Below are positions 33,201 to 44,300 of a stretch of 64,000 bases of DNA, piece after piece. Source of the stretch: Rebecca billardiae RCC1528. Its lineage: Eukaryota; Protista; Haptophyta. Location of the stretch: assembly GCA_965240325.2 (NCBI GenBank), contig OZ251238.1, positions 1,240,001-1,304,000 on the forward strand, given 5' to 3'. The translations under genes and the position numbers were made by a program. Under the pieces are notes generated by a model. That model did no database searches. It saw nothing but the letters and a program-made list of their open reading frames with translations, and was not told the DNA's origin. Numbering within the stretch: position 1 is the stretch's first letter; each line of letters starts with the position of its first letter.

Positions 33201-35940
33201 GCCGCCGCGCGCGCCGCCGCGCGCGCCGCCGCGCGCGCCGCCGCGCGCTCGCCGCCGCTGCGAGCGCCGAGCCGCCGCCGTGCCGCGGCTGTCTGACGCG
33301 CCGCCGCCCACCTGCCGCCCACTCGGACGCGCGCAGACGCGTGGTGCGTCGGCCAGATCTCGACGCTGGTGATGAACCAGGACGCCGAGCTGGTGGGCAA
33401 GCGCGCGCAGATCGAGACGGTGCAGGAGTTCCTCAGGCACGCGATCATCTCGACCAAGCTCAAGGAGGACATCGAGTCCTTCTTCCGCGCGCACGTCACC
33501 GAGTCGTCCGGCTCGTCCGTCAAGGCGGAGGACATGTTCGCCGCGATGCCGGTGGCGCTGCAGATCGACGTGTCGGTGTACATGTACCGCGCGATCGTGG
33601 GCCAGGCGGCGCTGCTCGAGAACACCTCGAACGGCTTCCTCAACCGCCTCGCCGCCACCCTTCGCGAGCGGATCCTCGAGGAGGAGGCGTTCCTCTTCCG
33701 CGCGGGCGAGGCGTGCAAGGAGCTGTGCATCGTGTGGACGGGCTCGCTCGAGATCTCGAACGAGGCGGAGGTTGCGGACGCCGAGCCCGAGCCCGCGGGC
33801 AACGCCGGCCCCGGCGACACGCTCGGCGAGGTGCCCTTCGTCTTCGGCATCCGCCACTTCCAGAACGCGCGCGCCGTGTCCGGCATGGAGTCCAAGGTGA
33901 TCATTGTGCAGCGCGTGGACTATGTCGAGCTGCTCAAGGCCTTCCCCGACGACGAGGACAACATCATGGACAACGCGATCCGCCAGTATGACGGTGTGCG
34001 CCGCCACCGCCGCCGCCGCCGCCGCGCCCGCTCGTCCGCCCGCCGCTCCGCCGCAGCTGCGCGCTGCACCGCACCGCACCGTTCCGTCCGTTCTGTGCTC
34101 ACCGCCCGCCCCGCCCTGCCCCCGCCCATTCGCGCGCAGGCGCGATGACGGCGCGCTCCGGCCGCTCGAAGACGTCGGCGCACTCGAGCAAGTACTCCGC
34201 GTCGCGCTCGTCCTCGCACTCGTCGACGACGATGAGCAACTCCCTGACGGACGCGTCGTCGGACGTCTCCTCCCACCTGGACAACGTGCGCAACATGATC
34301 AAGGACATCAAGCACAAGCGCGAGGACCTGATGCTCACCAAGCTGTGCGCGGCGTGCGCGAACGGCGAGTTGGACAAGGCGCGGCGGATCATCTCCGCCT
34401 CCGGCGTGAGCGTGAACCACGCCAACGTCAACGGCCGCCGGCCCCTCCACCTCGCATCGTGCTTCGGCCACCTCGGCGTGATCCAGTTCCTGATCGGCCA
34501 CCGCGCGGACGTGAACGTGGTCGACCGGTACGGCGGCACGCCGCTCGAGGAGGCGCTGCGCGAGAAGCACATGGAGGCGGCCAAGGTGCTCGAGGCCGCG
34601 GGCGCAAAGCGCATGATGAAGGACCCGGTCGAGAAGCTGTGCGCGGCCGCGGGCAAGAAGGACGGGTACGACACGCTCACCTACATCCTGCGGTACGACA
34701 CGGTGCACGAGGTTGACTGCCGCGACGCCAACAAGCGCACGCCGCTGCACGTGGCCGCGGCGGAGGGGATCATCGAGAACGTCAAGCTGCTGCTCTCGCT
34801 CAAGGCCGACATCAACGTCGTCGACCGGTACGGCGTGACGCCGCTGCAGGACGCCGTGCACGCCAGGCGCGAGGACGTGTGCGACCTGCTGCTCGCGCGC
34901 AACGCCAACCTCGGCGCCACGTTCGACAGCGCCGCGTACATGTGCACGGCGGGCGCGAGCGGCGACGTGCCGCAGCTCGAGCGGCTGGTCAAGTACAAGT
35001 GCGACGTGAACATCCAGGACCACCAGGGCCGCACCGCGCTGCACCTCGCCGCGGCGAACGGGCACGTCGGCGCGTGCCACTACCTGCTCGACTGCAAGGA
35101 CATCGACGTGAACGTCGAGGACTTTTACGGCAACTCGTCGCTCGACGACACGGAGCGCGAGGAGTCCAACGAGGTGCAGCTCACGCGCATGCTGCTCAAC
35201 CTCAAGGGCGCGAAGCGCGGCACGCACGAGCGGAAGCGGCGCGACCTCTCGGAGCACGCGGCGAAGAAGCACGCGGCGGACATGGCGACCGTCAAGCAGC
35301 GCGAGGAGATCTGTGACATCGCCACCGGGCTGCAGAAGTGGGTGCGGCACCAGCGCAAGCTCGCGTACAAGTTCAAGAAGCGCGTCGACGAGATCTCAAA
35401 GCTCGAGGTCGAGGAGGGGTCCGACGGCGTCAAGCAGAAGCAGGCGCACTTCTGGGTCGAGGTCAAGCAGTTCGCCGCGCGCAATGGACTGCGCATCGAC
35501 TTCCTGCGCGGCTCGATCGGCAGGGGCCTCGACACGACCGCAGAGTCGGCCGACGACCTCGACATCATCCCGCTCACCGAGCTGCGCGGACGGGTGCGCG
35601 CGCCGCGCGAGCGAGCGAGCGAGAGCGCGCGAGCGAGCGAGCGAGAGCGCGCGAGCGAGCGAGCGAGAGCGCGCGAGCGAGCGCGCGTCGCCCTTGCACT
35701 CGGCGCTCCGCGCTCTGACGCCACGCCACGCGCCGTGCGCTGCCTCCGTGCCCGCAGGCCACCGACCTCATCGCGATGCAAGAGTCCGTCGCACTCACCT
35801 TCTCGAGGCTGGGCGAGGTCGACTTCTCGTCGCTCAAGAAGACGGGCCTCACGCCCGAGGAGGTGCACATCCTCAAGTTCGGCATCAACATCGCGGAGCT
35901 CTCGGGCAACAGCGACGGGAACAGCTCAGACACCGACTAG
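27219..35940 (+). CDS. Tandem two-repeat Shaker-like cation channel, 2x[6TM-CNBD-ankyrin], ~2714 aa; exons 27219-27557, 27678-33189, 33337-33993, 34140-35593, 35758-35940
   Basis: Four GT-AG introns join the ORFs in frame (8145 nt). Two pore modules (VTAMGYA; ITTLGIT), two CNBDs (GETAFF...PQPYTVRA; GEVPFVFG) and two ankyrin arrays (GRTTLHLAA, KRTPLH, GRTALHLAA). Confidence 0.88.
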
Positions 35941-36303
35941 GGACCCCACGCAGGCATTGACTGGCCCGTGGGACGAACAGACGGCGGCCGCGACGGGCAG
36001 CTGGCGGGCGCGAGTGGTTGGCGCCGCACCAGGCGGCGCCGACTGCGAGCGGGCTCGCTGGCGCCCCTCGTCGGCAGGAGCGCTGGCAACCGCCGTGCTG
36101 GGAGGCGAGCCTGGGCACGACGCGGCGCAGCAGCGGCGCGTGCAAGGCAGCCCTTGGCTTGGCGGCGGCGCTCATCATCAGCATCAGGATCATCACATAT
36201 ATCAGCGCATCATACGACGACGAGTACCGAGCAGCATACAGCAGTATTAATATCGTCGTATCACTTACTATTTAATATATATATATATATATATATATCA
36301 TAA

Positions 36304-38010
36304 GAGATAATGTCAGCTGTATTGCCGTTTTGGAAAGTGTGGTCAGGTGTATTGCCAAACGCACGTTTTGACTACCGTGGTCAGTTGTATTGCCGTTTTC
36401 CATGTTTGGGAATCACATGTCAATCTTGTTGCCAACGTCGAATACTTGTGTCAGGTGTATTGCCGTGGATGATGGCCCAATACTTTGTCCAGCTGTATTG
36501 CCGTCGCGTAGTGTGGGTCAGTTGTATTGCCGTTTGCGCATCTTTGATCAGGTTTGTTGCCGCGATCGCGCACGCGCTGATGATGGCGCTGGCGCCCACG
36601 CGCCGCCGGCGTGCGCGGCGTGCCCTTGAGCAGGCCTAGCTGATCCCAGGCCAGAAGAGTGACGTTCAACGACGACGATCTCTGCCGGGGTAGCGCCGTG
36701 TTCCTCGACATCATCAAGCCGAACGACGACCTGAACCGTGGACCGGAATCTGCACAAACGCTGCCGCATGCGCGCGCAGTGCAACACGCGCGTGCACCTC
36801 GGGCCACTCGCCGTCTACGCGGAGACGGGCGAGAATCCGTCGCGACTTCTATCGAATCGGCGTTGCTCCGTGCTCACATCGACTCCGGGACCGTCAAGCG
36901 CGCAGTCGATGACATTGCGACGGCAGCGCATGCAGGTGCATGCGTGAAGCAGGGTGAGCATGTGTTGCTGCGCCCCGATTCGCGGGAGTCGAACGTGCAC
37001 GACGGGCGTGTGCTCTTCAACGGCCTCAAGGAGCTTGACCAACGCGACGCGCGTCCCCCTCACTGCCTGCCATCGACTGTCATTCACACCGTGGCGATCA
37101 ACCAACGCGCGTCGCTCTCGCTCGTGCAACACTGCTGGCGCGTGCCTTTTTGCGATTGTCATCACTCCAACAGCAGACTGCCCTGTGGCCAACCGTGTGC
37201 AGGTGGCTGACCGTGCGCCAGTCGCACTCGTCAACGCAGGCTGATTGGCCCGTGGAGGAGGAAGTCCAAGGCGTACTGCCAGCTGGGACACAACGCACCG
37301 ACCGGCGGGCGGTGCGCCGCGCGCGCCTCGACGAGCCAGCAAGCAGGAGGGGCAGGCGACGCTTCCTGCTGCTGCTGGAACCCGAGTGGCAGGCTTGGCG
37401 AGCGCGGTCGCAGCTTGAGGCGGCGCGTGCAGCGGCATGGGACGTGATGCGGCTCACGTGGCCGCTGAAGTAGCAGCAGTCCCGATGGCGCTGGCGGCCG
37501 GCCGCCGGCGGGCGGCAAGCGCGACGGCGACGGGAAGCGCCGACTACTACTCACTCATACTGGAAGTCAAGATGAGCTACGCAGGCCGCATGATGATGGC
37601 ATGTCGGTTGGTTGCAGTCGCGTATCCTGCATGCCGCGCGCAGGCAGTCGCAGCTCTGCACGCACGCGCACACGGGCTGCGCGAGTCTCTTGTGAGTGCG
37701 AGTTGTGCCCCAGCCATGAGCTGCTGGCGGCAATACAACTGACACATAGTTATGGAAAGGGCAATATTTCTGAGCAGACTATGTTCAAGCTCGAAAACGG
37801 CAATATTCGTGAACCAAGTACTGTGAAAGGGTCATTGGTTTGAAACCAGTATTTGAGGGGCAATATTGTTGACACACTATCCAAAAGCGGCAATATTCTT
37901 GACCCATACTACTGAAAACGGCAATAATACAACTGAGTCATGTAACGTGCTTTTGGCAATACAATAACTGACCACACTATCCAAAGCGGCAATACAACTG
38001 ACGTCGGCTC
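36304..38010. mobile_element. Non-autonomous Mutator-like element (MULE) with long repeat-built TIRs
   Basis: Ends GAG...CTC. About 8 copies of a tcagNtgtattgccg motif on the left (36312-36562) and ~8 inverted copies on the right (37728-38002). 9-bp TSD atatcataa / atataataa (1 mismatch). Confidence 0.75.
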
Positions 38011-38088
38011 ATATAATAATAATAAAAGCAGCGGCCCGCCGGCTGCCCTCGGTGGCTCGCGAGGCCCATCAGTGCCGAGGCGAACGGC

Positions 38089-39012
38089 TCACGCGGGGAG
38101 CGGGACCCAGGGTGACGGCTCGGACCGGCGGTCCTCGACGCGGCAGACGAGGTCGAGCACGTCGGTGACAAACTGCGGGCGCAGCGACAGCTGCGCGGCG
38201 AGGTCGGCGGAGAAGTTGACCTCGAGGAGCAGCGGCTGCGGCACAGGCACGCCGTGCACGGCGCGTTCGCCCGGCGGTGCCGTGCCGTCCGCGCGTGCGT
38301 GTGTGTCGAGCAGCACGTCGACGCCGTACAGCCCAAAGCACCGGCCTGCGCGCCACGCGCTGTCGCGCACGCTCGCGCACAGCGTGCGGCCGAGGGCGGC
38401 GAGCGGCCCGTCGCGGATCGCGCCGACCACCGCGTCGGCCCACGCGTCCGCGTGCGCGTTCGTACGCGCGCCCGCCTGCGCGCGCTCGGCGAACGCCTCG
38501 CGCAGCAGCGCGCGCCCCTCGCGCACCTCCTGCGCTGCGGCCGAGCGGTACTTGTGCACGGGCAGGTGCGCGTCCTGCGCCCACAGCGGCGCCTCGCGCC
38601 CCGCGGGGTCGAACAGCGGCACGCGCGCGACGCGCGCGTAGAAGGTGGCGTGCACGTGCGCGCGCAGCGGCTCGAGCGCGCTCACGCACACGTACAGCCG
38701 CAGGTCCACCTTCCGAGAGCCGACGCTCAGCGGCGCGCGCGCGCACGCGGACGCGACGAGCGGCGGCGCGAGCGGGTGGCGCGCCGCCGCGAGCGCGCAC
38801 GCCAGGCTGCGCGTGAGCAGTACGCCGCGGCTGCGCGAGGACGCCCATGGCCGCAGCACCCACGCGCGCGCGAGCTCTGACGACGCCGACGCCGCCGCAA
38901 GCGCCGCCTCGGCGTGCGAGCCGCCCTCCGCGCCCTCCGCGCCGCCCTCCGCGCCGCCGCCCTGGGCCGCGCCCTCGCACGCCGGCGCCGCCGCTACCGC
39001 CGCCGCCGCTGC

Positions 39013-39072
<60 letters not shown>

Positions 39073-40275
39073 GTACTCGTCGAGCTGCGTCGCCACGTTC
39101 CACGTGCGCGGCAGCCAGTCGGGGCACTCGGCGGGTGCGCACGCGTGCGCGGCGCGCACGGCGTCGCACAGCAGCGCCTTCGACGTGAGCACCGACTCGT
39201 TCGGGAACTGGCTGAGCAGCGCGTGCCCCAGCCCGCGCGCGCTGAAGTCGTGCACGCGCGAGCCCAGCCAGCGCACGTGCGCGCGCGCGGGCTGAGCGCA
39301 CGCCTCGTACACGCACGGGGACGGGGGCGGCGGCGGAGCGGCGGCGGGCGCGGCGGCGGCCGGCGGGGCGGGCGCCGAGCTCGCCGCCGCGGGCGCCGCC
39401 GCGGGCGCCAGCGCCGCGCCCACCTGCGGGCAGTCCGTGTGCACGCGCACGACGCGCACGCCCGCGCCCGCGCACCCGCCGCCGCCCGCCAGCGCCGGCA
39501 GCGCCGCCTCCGCCGCCGCGCGCTCCAGCGGCGCGTTCGCCGAGACCCAGCCGAGGAAGACCTGGCGGGCGGTGCGCGGCGGCGCGGGCGGCGGCGCGCG
39601 CGCCCCCGCCGCACGGCCGTGCCCCGCCTCTCGCCCGCCGCCCGCCGCGCCGAGCAGCGCGCGCGCGCGCTCGGCCGCGGCCGCGCGCTCGGCCGAGTCT
39701 GCCCAGCGCGCCTCGCCCAGCCCGAGCCACGGCAGGTCGTGGGCGAGCGCGTCGGCGGGGAGGGCGGACTCGGCGCGGGCCGAGTAGTCGCGCGTCACCT
39801 CCACCCAGCCCGCCGCGCCCGCCGCGCCGCCGTGCGCCGCCGCGCCCGCCGCGCACCACAGCGCGCACACGGCGCGCGGCGCGCGCGCGCCGCCCTCGGC
39901 CGCCAGCCACAGCGCGCGGCAACGGAAGGACGGGCGCGCCGAGTGCCGCGCGCGCGCGCCGACCGGATCGAGCAGCGCGAAGAGACACGCCTCGTCCGCC
40001 TCGGCGCGCGCGTCCGCCGGCACGAGCGCCGCCCAGTCCACGTCGCGCTCGGCGCCCGCGCGCGCGCGCACCTCGCACAGGGTGCCGCTCCACTCGGCGC
40101 GCCGCGCGCGCACGAGGCCGGCCGCGCAGTCCGCCGCGCGCACGCGCACGCGCCCATCCGACGTGGTGCTGAAGCAGTCGCCCGCCTCGCCCTCCGCCCA
40201 CACCACGCGCGTCTCTGCCGGCAGCTCGAGCGCCAAGAGCAGCCGCTGCGTCTCGGCCGCCATCTTGGCTGCCAT
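38089..40275 (-). CDS. Tubulin-tyrosine ligase-like protein, TTLL12-like
   Basis: 'QFPNESVLTSKALL', 'WLPRTWN', 'KVDLRLYV', 'YGVDVLL', 'PLLLEVNFSAD'. N-terminal 'EVTRDY' resembles the TTLL12 SET-like region. Confidence 0.8.
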
Positions 40276-40476
40276 CGTGGCGGCGCAAAAGCTCGAGGCG
40301 GTGAGGCGGTCAAGAGGCGGCCCGCGATTCGGAGCTTCGCCGTCTCGCCGACGCCATCCTCGCCGGCCGGACGCCGACGCGCCGTTCAGCAGCGCGCCAT
40401 CAGCGCGCCAGGCTGCAGACTGCAACGGAAGCCAGCCAGCCCAGCCGCGAGCGTCATCACCTCTCATCGCGCTCGC

Positions 40477-42093
40477 ATGGCCCTCGGCACCTCGCGCATC
40501 TGGGCTGCACGCGCGGCCCCGCTGCTCGTGCTCGCGCTCGCGTGCGTGCCCGCGCCGCTCCTCGCCCTGCCGCTCGGCGATGCGGCGGCTGCGCGCTCTG
40601 CGCACACGCACGTGCGAGCGCGCGCCCTGCTCGCGGCGGCCGCGGCTGACGAGCTTCACGACGGCACGGCTTCACCGCCGTGCTACGGCGGCGCGTGCGC
40701 CACGCATGCGACGGCTGCTTCCACGCCCCAAGACGGCGGCGCGATGACACCCGACAACACCACTGAGCACGCGGCTGCGCCTGCAACGCCGCCGCCGCCC
40801 AATCGCACGGCGCGCGAGCCGAGCGCCCCTGCGGCTGCAGACGAGACGCTGCCGACGGAGGGCGATGCGGGCGAGCCCGAGGCGCACGACGAGCGGCTGG
40901 AGACGGCGCTGTGCCTCCAGCGCCTAGGCGGGGAGGACAAGCACTTCCTCTTCTCGCCAGAGACGGTGCTCGAGAAGGTCGGGCTTGCGGCGGTGGTGCT
41001 CCTGGCCGTGGTGGGCGCGGCGTTAATGGCGGGGCTGGTGGCCAGGGCGTATCGCCGCGGCGGTTGGAAGCCCTCCAAGAAGGCGGTGATGATGCTCGGC
41101 GGCGCGCTGCTCGCAACCACAGACGGCGTGACGGACGTGCTGCTTGCGACCGAGTGGCTCCGGTGCGGCCACCACGTCTGGGCGGCGATCGCGCTCACCT
41201 GCGTCGGGCTGAACACGCTGGCGGCGCTCGTCTTCGGCGTGGATGACGGCTACATCACTGGCCACGGCGCGAGCTGCAGCGAGCGCGCCGGGGCGGTCTT
41301 GTCGAGCGTGCTGCAGCTTGGCGCCGTCCACGCGGTGGTGCTGCGCGTTTGGCGCGACCAGCACGTCGACCCTGACCAGGCAACGGATCTGCTCCGTCTC
41401 AAGCAGTTGGAGGTGGGGCTCGAGGCGGCCCCGCAGGTGTTCCTGCAGGGGTACGTGCTGCTGTGGTTGGGTGCGGAGCGCGCGTCGGCGCTGTCGTGGG
41501 TCTCGCTCGCTGTCTCCGTCGTTGGCATGGGCCTCGTGCTCGGCGACGTCTATGCGGACACGATGCGCATGAAAAACTATCCAGGCGCACGCGAGGACAG
41601 CGTAGAGGACGGCGGCGGCGCGCGACGGGCAGCGCGCGCGCTCGGTCCGTTCGGCGTAGTGAGCCGCGCGCTGCCGATCGCACTTTTCGCCTGCGTGTTC
41701 GGCAATTGGCTCGCACTGCCGCTGTTCGGCGCGTTCACCGTGCTCGTCATCCTCGCACGCTTCGCGCGAAGGAATGATGAGGGGTGTGGGGCGTGGGCGG
41801 GTGCCGTGTTTACCACCCTCCTCTTCTACGCGGCCACACCCTTTGTGCAGCTAGAGGACATCACCAGTGCGCGGGGCGAGGCGCGCATCGTCGCGTGGAC
41901 GGCGGCGGTCGAGCTCGCGCTCGGCGCCGCCGCGCTGGGCGCGCCGTCGCGCTGGCGCGCAGCGCAGCCCACCGGCTTGCTGGTGGGCGCCGCGTTTCTG
42001 TTGGGCGTGTGCTGGCTGGGCCGGCTGGGCGCAGCTGCCGTGCTGCTGCGCGCCAAGGCGAAGCGGTTCAAGGAGAGGCAGGTGCTGCTCTGA
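40477..42093 (+). CDS. XK-related (Xkr scramblase family) membrane protein with N-terminal signal/extracellular extension, 538 aa
   Basis: XK-family motifs 'DGVTDVLLA' and 'LEVGLEAAPQVFLQGY', with multiple TM helices. Confidence 0.72.
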   Translation: MALGTSRIWAARAAPLLVLALACVPAPLLALPLGDAAAARSAHTHVRARALLAAAAADELHDGTASPPCYGGACATHATAASTPQDGGAMTPDNTTEHAAAPATPPPPNRTAREPSAPAAADETLPTEGDAGEPEAHDERLETALCLQRLGGEDKHFLFSPETVLEKVGLAAVVLLAVVGAALMAGLVARAYRRGGWKPSKKAVMMLGGALLATTDGVTDVLLATEWLRCGHHVWAAIALTCVGLNTLAALVFGVDDGYITGHGASCSERAGAVLSSVLQLGAVHAVVLRVWRDQHVDPDQATDLLRLKQLEVGLEAAPQVFLQGYVLLWLGAERASALSWVSLAVSVVGMGLVLGDVYADTMRMKNYPGAREDSVEDGGGARRAARALGPFGVVSRALPIALFACVFGNWLALPLFGAFTVLVILARFARRNDEGCGAWAGAVFTTLLFYAATPFVQLEDITSARGEARIVAWTAAVELALGAAALGAPSRWRAAQPTGLLVGAAFLLGVCWLGRLGAAAVLLRAKAKRFKERQVLL

Positions 42094-42519
42094 GCACGCG
42101 CCTGGCTGCGTGCCGTAGGGGCAGCCGTGCGCATGCCGCAGCCTGCAATCGGCGCGCAGCTATGGGGCCGTCGGGCTGTTCGCCGCATACCGATGTACGA
42201 CACGTCGCCGCCGTCACGCCGTTGCATCTACCCAGTTGGACGCGACCTGAGGCTTGTTTGGTAACCACACACCCCAATATGGGACTCGGGCATTGGGAGG
42301 GCCCGCCCGCCTGCGCAGCGCTCCCAAGGCCGCATGCGGGCTTGACAGCCGTGTGCGGGCGCTTTGTGCGGGCAAGACACCCACTTATCCGCAGGCAGCA
42401 TCGTGCCGCCTCTTCAACGCCCTCGCCGCCCTCTCTCCGCGCAGAGACCTGCTGAGTGAATGGTAGGCGCATCGAGAACGCCTGTCCGACGAACATGCTT
42501 GACGCGCGTGCACCGCTGA

Positions 42520-43080
42520 GGCATGCAACGGTCGGCTTTTTCGCTTCTGTGCGATGGGGGGAGAGTACTCAATATCACCGCTTCGCCGTCAGCCATGCCA
42601 ACATTCAACATCGGCCAGACCGCACACGCGCGCGCGCGACAGCTGGCAGGAGAGCAACCGCTGTCAAGCTTGAGGTGGCTGCGCGCTATCACAAGAAGGC
42701 TGTCGACGAGGAGACCGCAGTTCGAGCAAAAGCAGGGCACCTGTACATGCGCATCGGTCGCGGGGCGTGCATTGAACCGTGAGCACGGGCACGACTGTCA
42801 CGACGACAACTGGGCATGCGCCTCGACGGGCAGACGGACGACCCCTAAGAAGGCTAGCCTTCTTGGCGGCGGCTGTCAAGGAGTGCCCCCGCGCACCGCA
42901 AGCCATGTATCAATCGCACCCGGACGGACCCCCGGACGGGCATCTACTCCTTGTGGACGGTGTCCACTCGCCTCACGAGGGGTTTCGGGCGCATGGTTCA
43001 CAAGCGTGTGGACGACGCCCCCTCCCACCCTGGCATATCATCCCACGTTTTCCCGGATTCAGCTGGCATTCGACTCCGCC
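42520..43080 (+). pseudogene. Degenerate pogo/Fot1-like (DDE_1) transposase relic
   Basis: Ordered, frameshifted motifs: FFASVRW..RF (CENP-B HTH-like), AVDEET (DETG-like), ADGRPL..LAF, LLLVDGVHSPH (LLxxDGHxSH-like), ISSHVF. Confidence 0.45.
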
Positions 43081-43450
43081 CCACGGCATTCGATCGGCTG
43101 AATCCGCTGCCAGCAGCGCCCCAAGCGCGAGTACTTGACTAAGCCTGCTGTATCTACGCTGGCGTTGCACATTAGCACATATACCCCTTCTATGATTACG
43201 ACACGCCTGAGATAACCTAGCTTCAATCGAGTTGCTGAAAAGAAATACAGCTGCGTGCATTCTGAGTGGCGACTCCCCACGCACGACACACGGCACGCCA
43301 GGCGAAGAGTGACGAGGCTATCCATGAGCACTATAACCGGATCATCTGGCATGGATAACTCCACACCCGGCTGCCCAACGGAGTCTTGCTCATCGCCACC
43401 ACTATCAGAGCATCCGCCCCAGCAGACATCCAGGGCGCATGCATGAGCTT

Positions 43451-44215
43451 CCCAAGACGTCATGGTAAGATGACTATGCGTTTTGCCGCTGCGCCACCAG
43501 AGTCGACTCTGGTGGCGCAGCGGCAATACAACGAAGCGCTGCGCCGCCAGGGTCCACGCTGGTGGCGCAGCGGTAAAACGCTTCATCATCATACCACCAA
43601 CGTTCACCGCGCAGGCATGGCCAGCAAGGTGGGCAAGATACACCTGCTTGGCCGAATTGCTGGCGACGTCACGCTCGGAACCGTGTGTGGTAAGATGACG
43701 AAGCGTTTTACCGCTGCGCCACCAGAGTCGACTCTGGTGGCGCAGCGGTAAAACGCTTCGTCATCTTACGACTCTGGTGGCGCAGCGGTAAAACGCTTCG
43801 TCATCTTACCATGACGTCCTGGGTTCGAATCCGCTGCGGTGCGCTTCTTTCACTCTTTCACAGCAGCCGCTGCGGCTTTCGTGTCTCGCAGGAGGGTCGC
43901 CCACGACCAGGGATTCCGGACACATTTCCGAATGTCCGGCCCCCGGGCGGCTCCCAGGGTCGGCTCTCCCCGGATTCCCTCCCAGGGGGCCCCGCCAGAG
44001 GGGCATGGGACGCGGAGCCAACCGCGAGAACAAACCGTACCCGGCAGGCGACCGGCCCCACACCCAGGGGGGTGTGGCTCAGAGTTGCAGCGGCAAATTG
44101 GCACCGCGCGCGGATGAGACCCAGTACGTTATGGTAAGATGACGAAGCGTTTTACCGCTGCGCCACCAGAGTCGACTCTGGTGGCGCAGCGGTAAAACGC
44201 TTCGTCATCTTACCA
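43451..44215. repeat. Array of tRNA-like inverted termini joined through long palindromes
   Basis: 42-bp unit gactctggtggcgcagcggtaaaacgcttcgtcatcttacca. Perfect palindromes at 44132-44215 (84 bp) and 43690-43769 (80 bp), decayed ones centred at 43504/5 and 43554/5. Pol III A box at 43778-43788 and B box at 43822-43832. Confidence 0.9.
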
Positions 44216-44300
44216 GTGTGGCCAATTATGGCGGATGAGACCACCGGGGCGAGCAGAGCGGGGCGTGCTCAACATCGGACCGGGCACCGGACCCCCTCAC

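Noticed and set aside
27234-34079. 2281-aa minus-strand ORF, and similar long overlapping ORFs (55282-59400, 55686-58745, 48000-49973, 59091-61928, 23017-25074)
   Set aside because: Arg/Ala/Gly-rich shadow frames of real genes; stops are rare at this GC content and no domains are recognisable.
36312-36562. CRISPR-like short repeats with spacers
   Set aside because: The motifs are degenerate and mirrored at 37728-38002, so they are TIR sub-repeats of a transposon.
43770-43842. Functional tRNA gene
   Set aside because: A and B boxes are present, but the acceptor and T stems do not pair and the anticodon loop is irregular.
43451-44215. CRISPR array
   Set aside because: Eukaryotic context, repeats too long and fully palindromic, spacers very irregular, and no cas genes.
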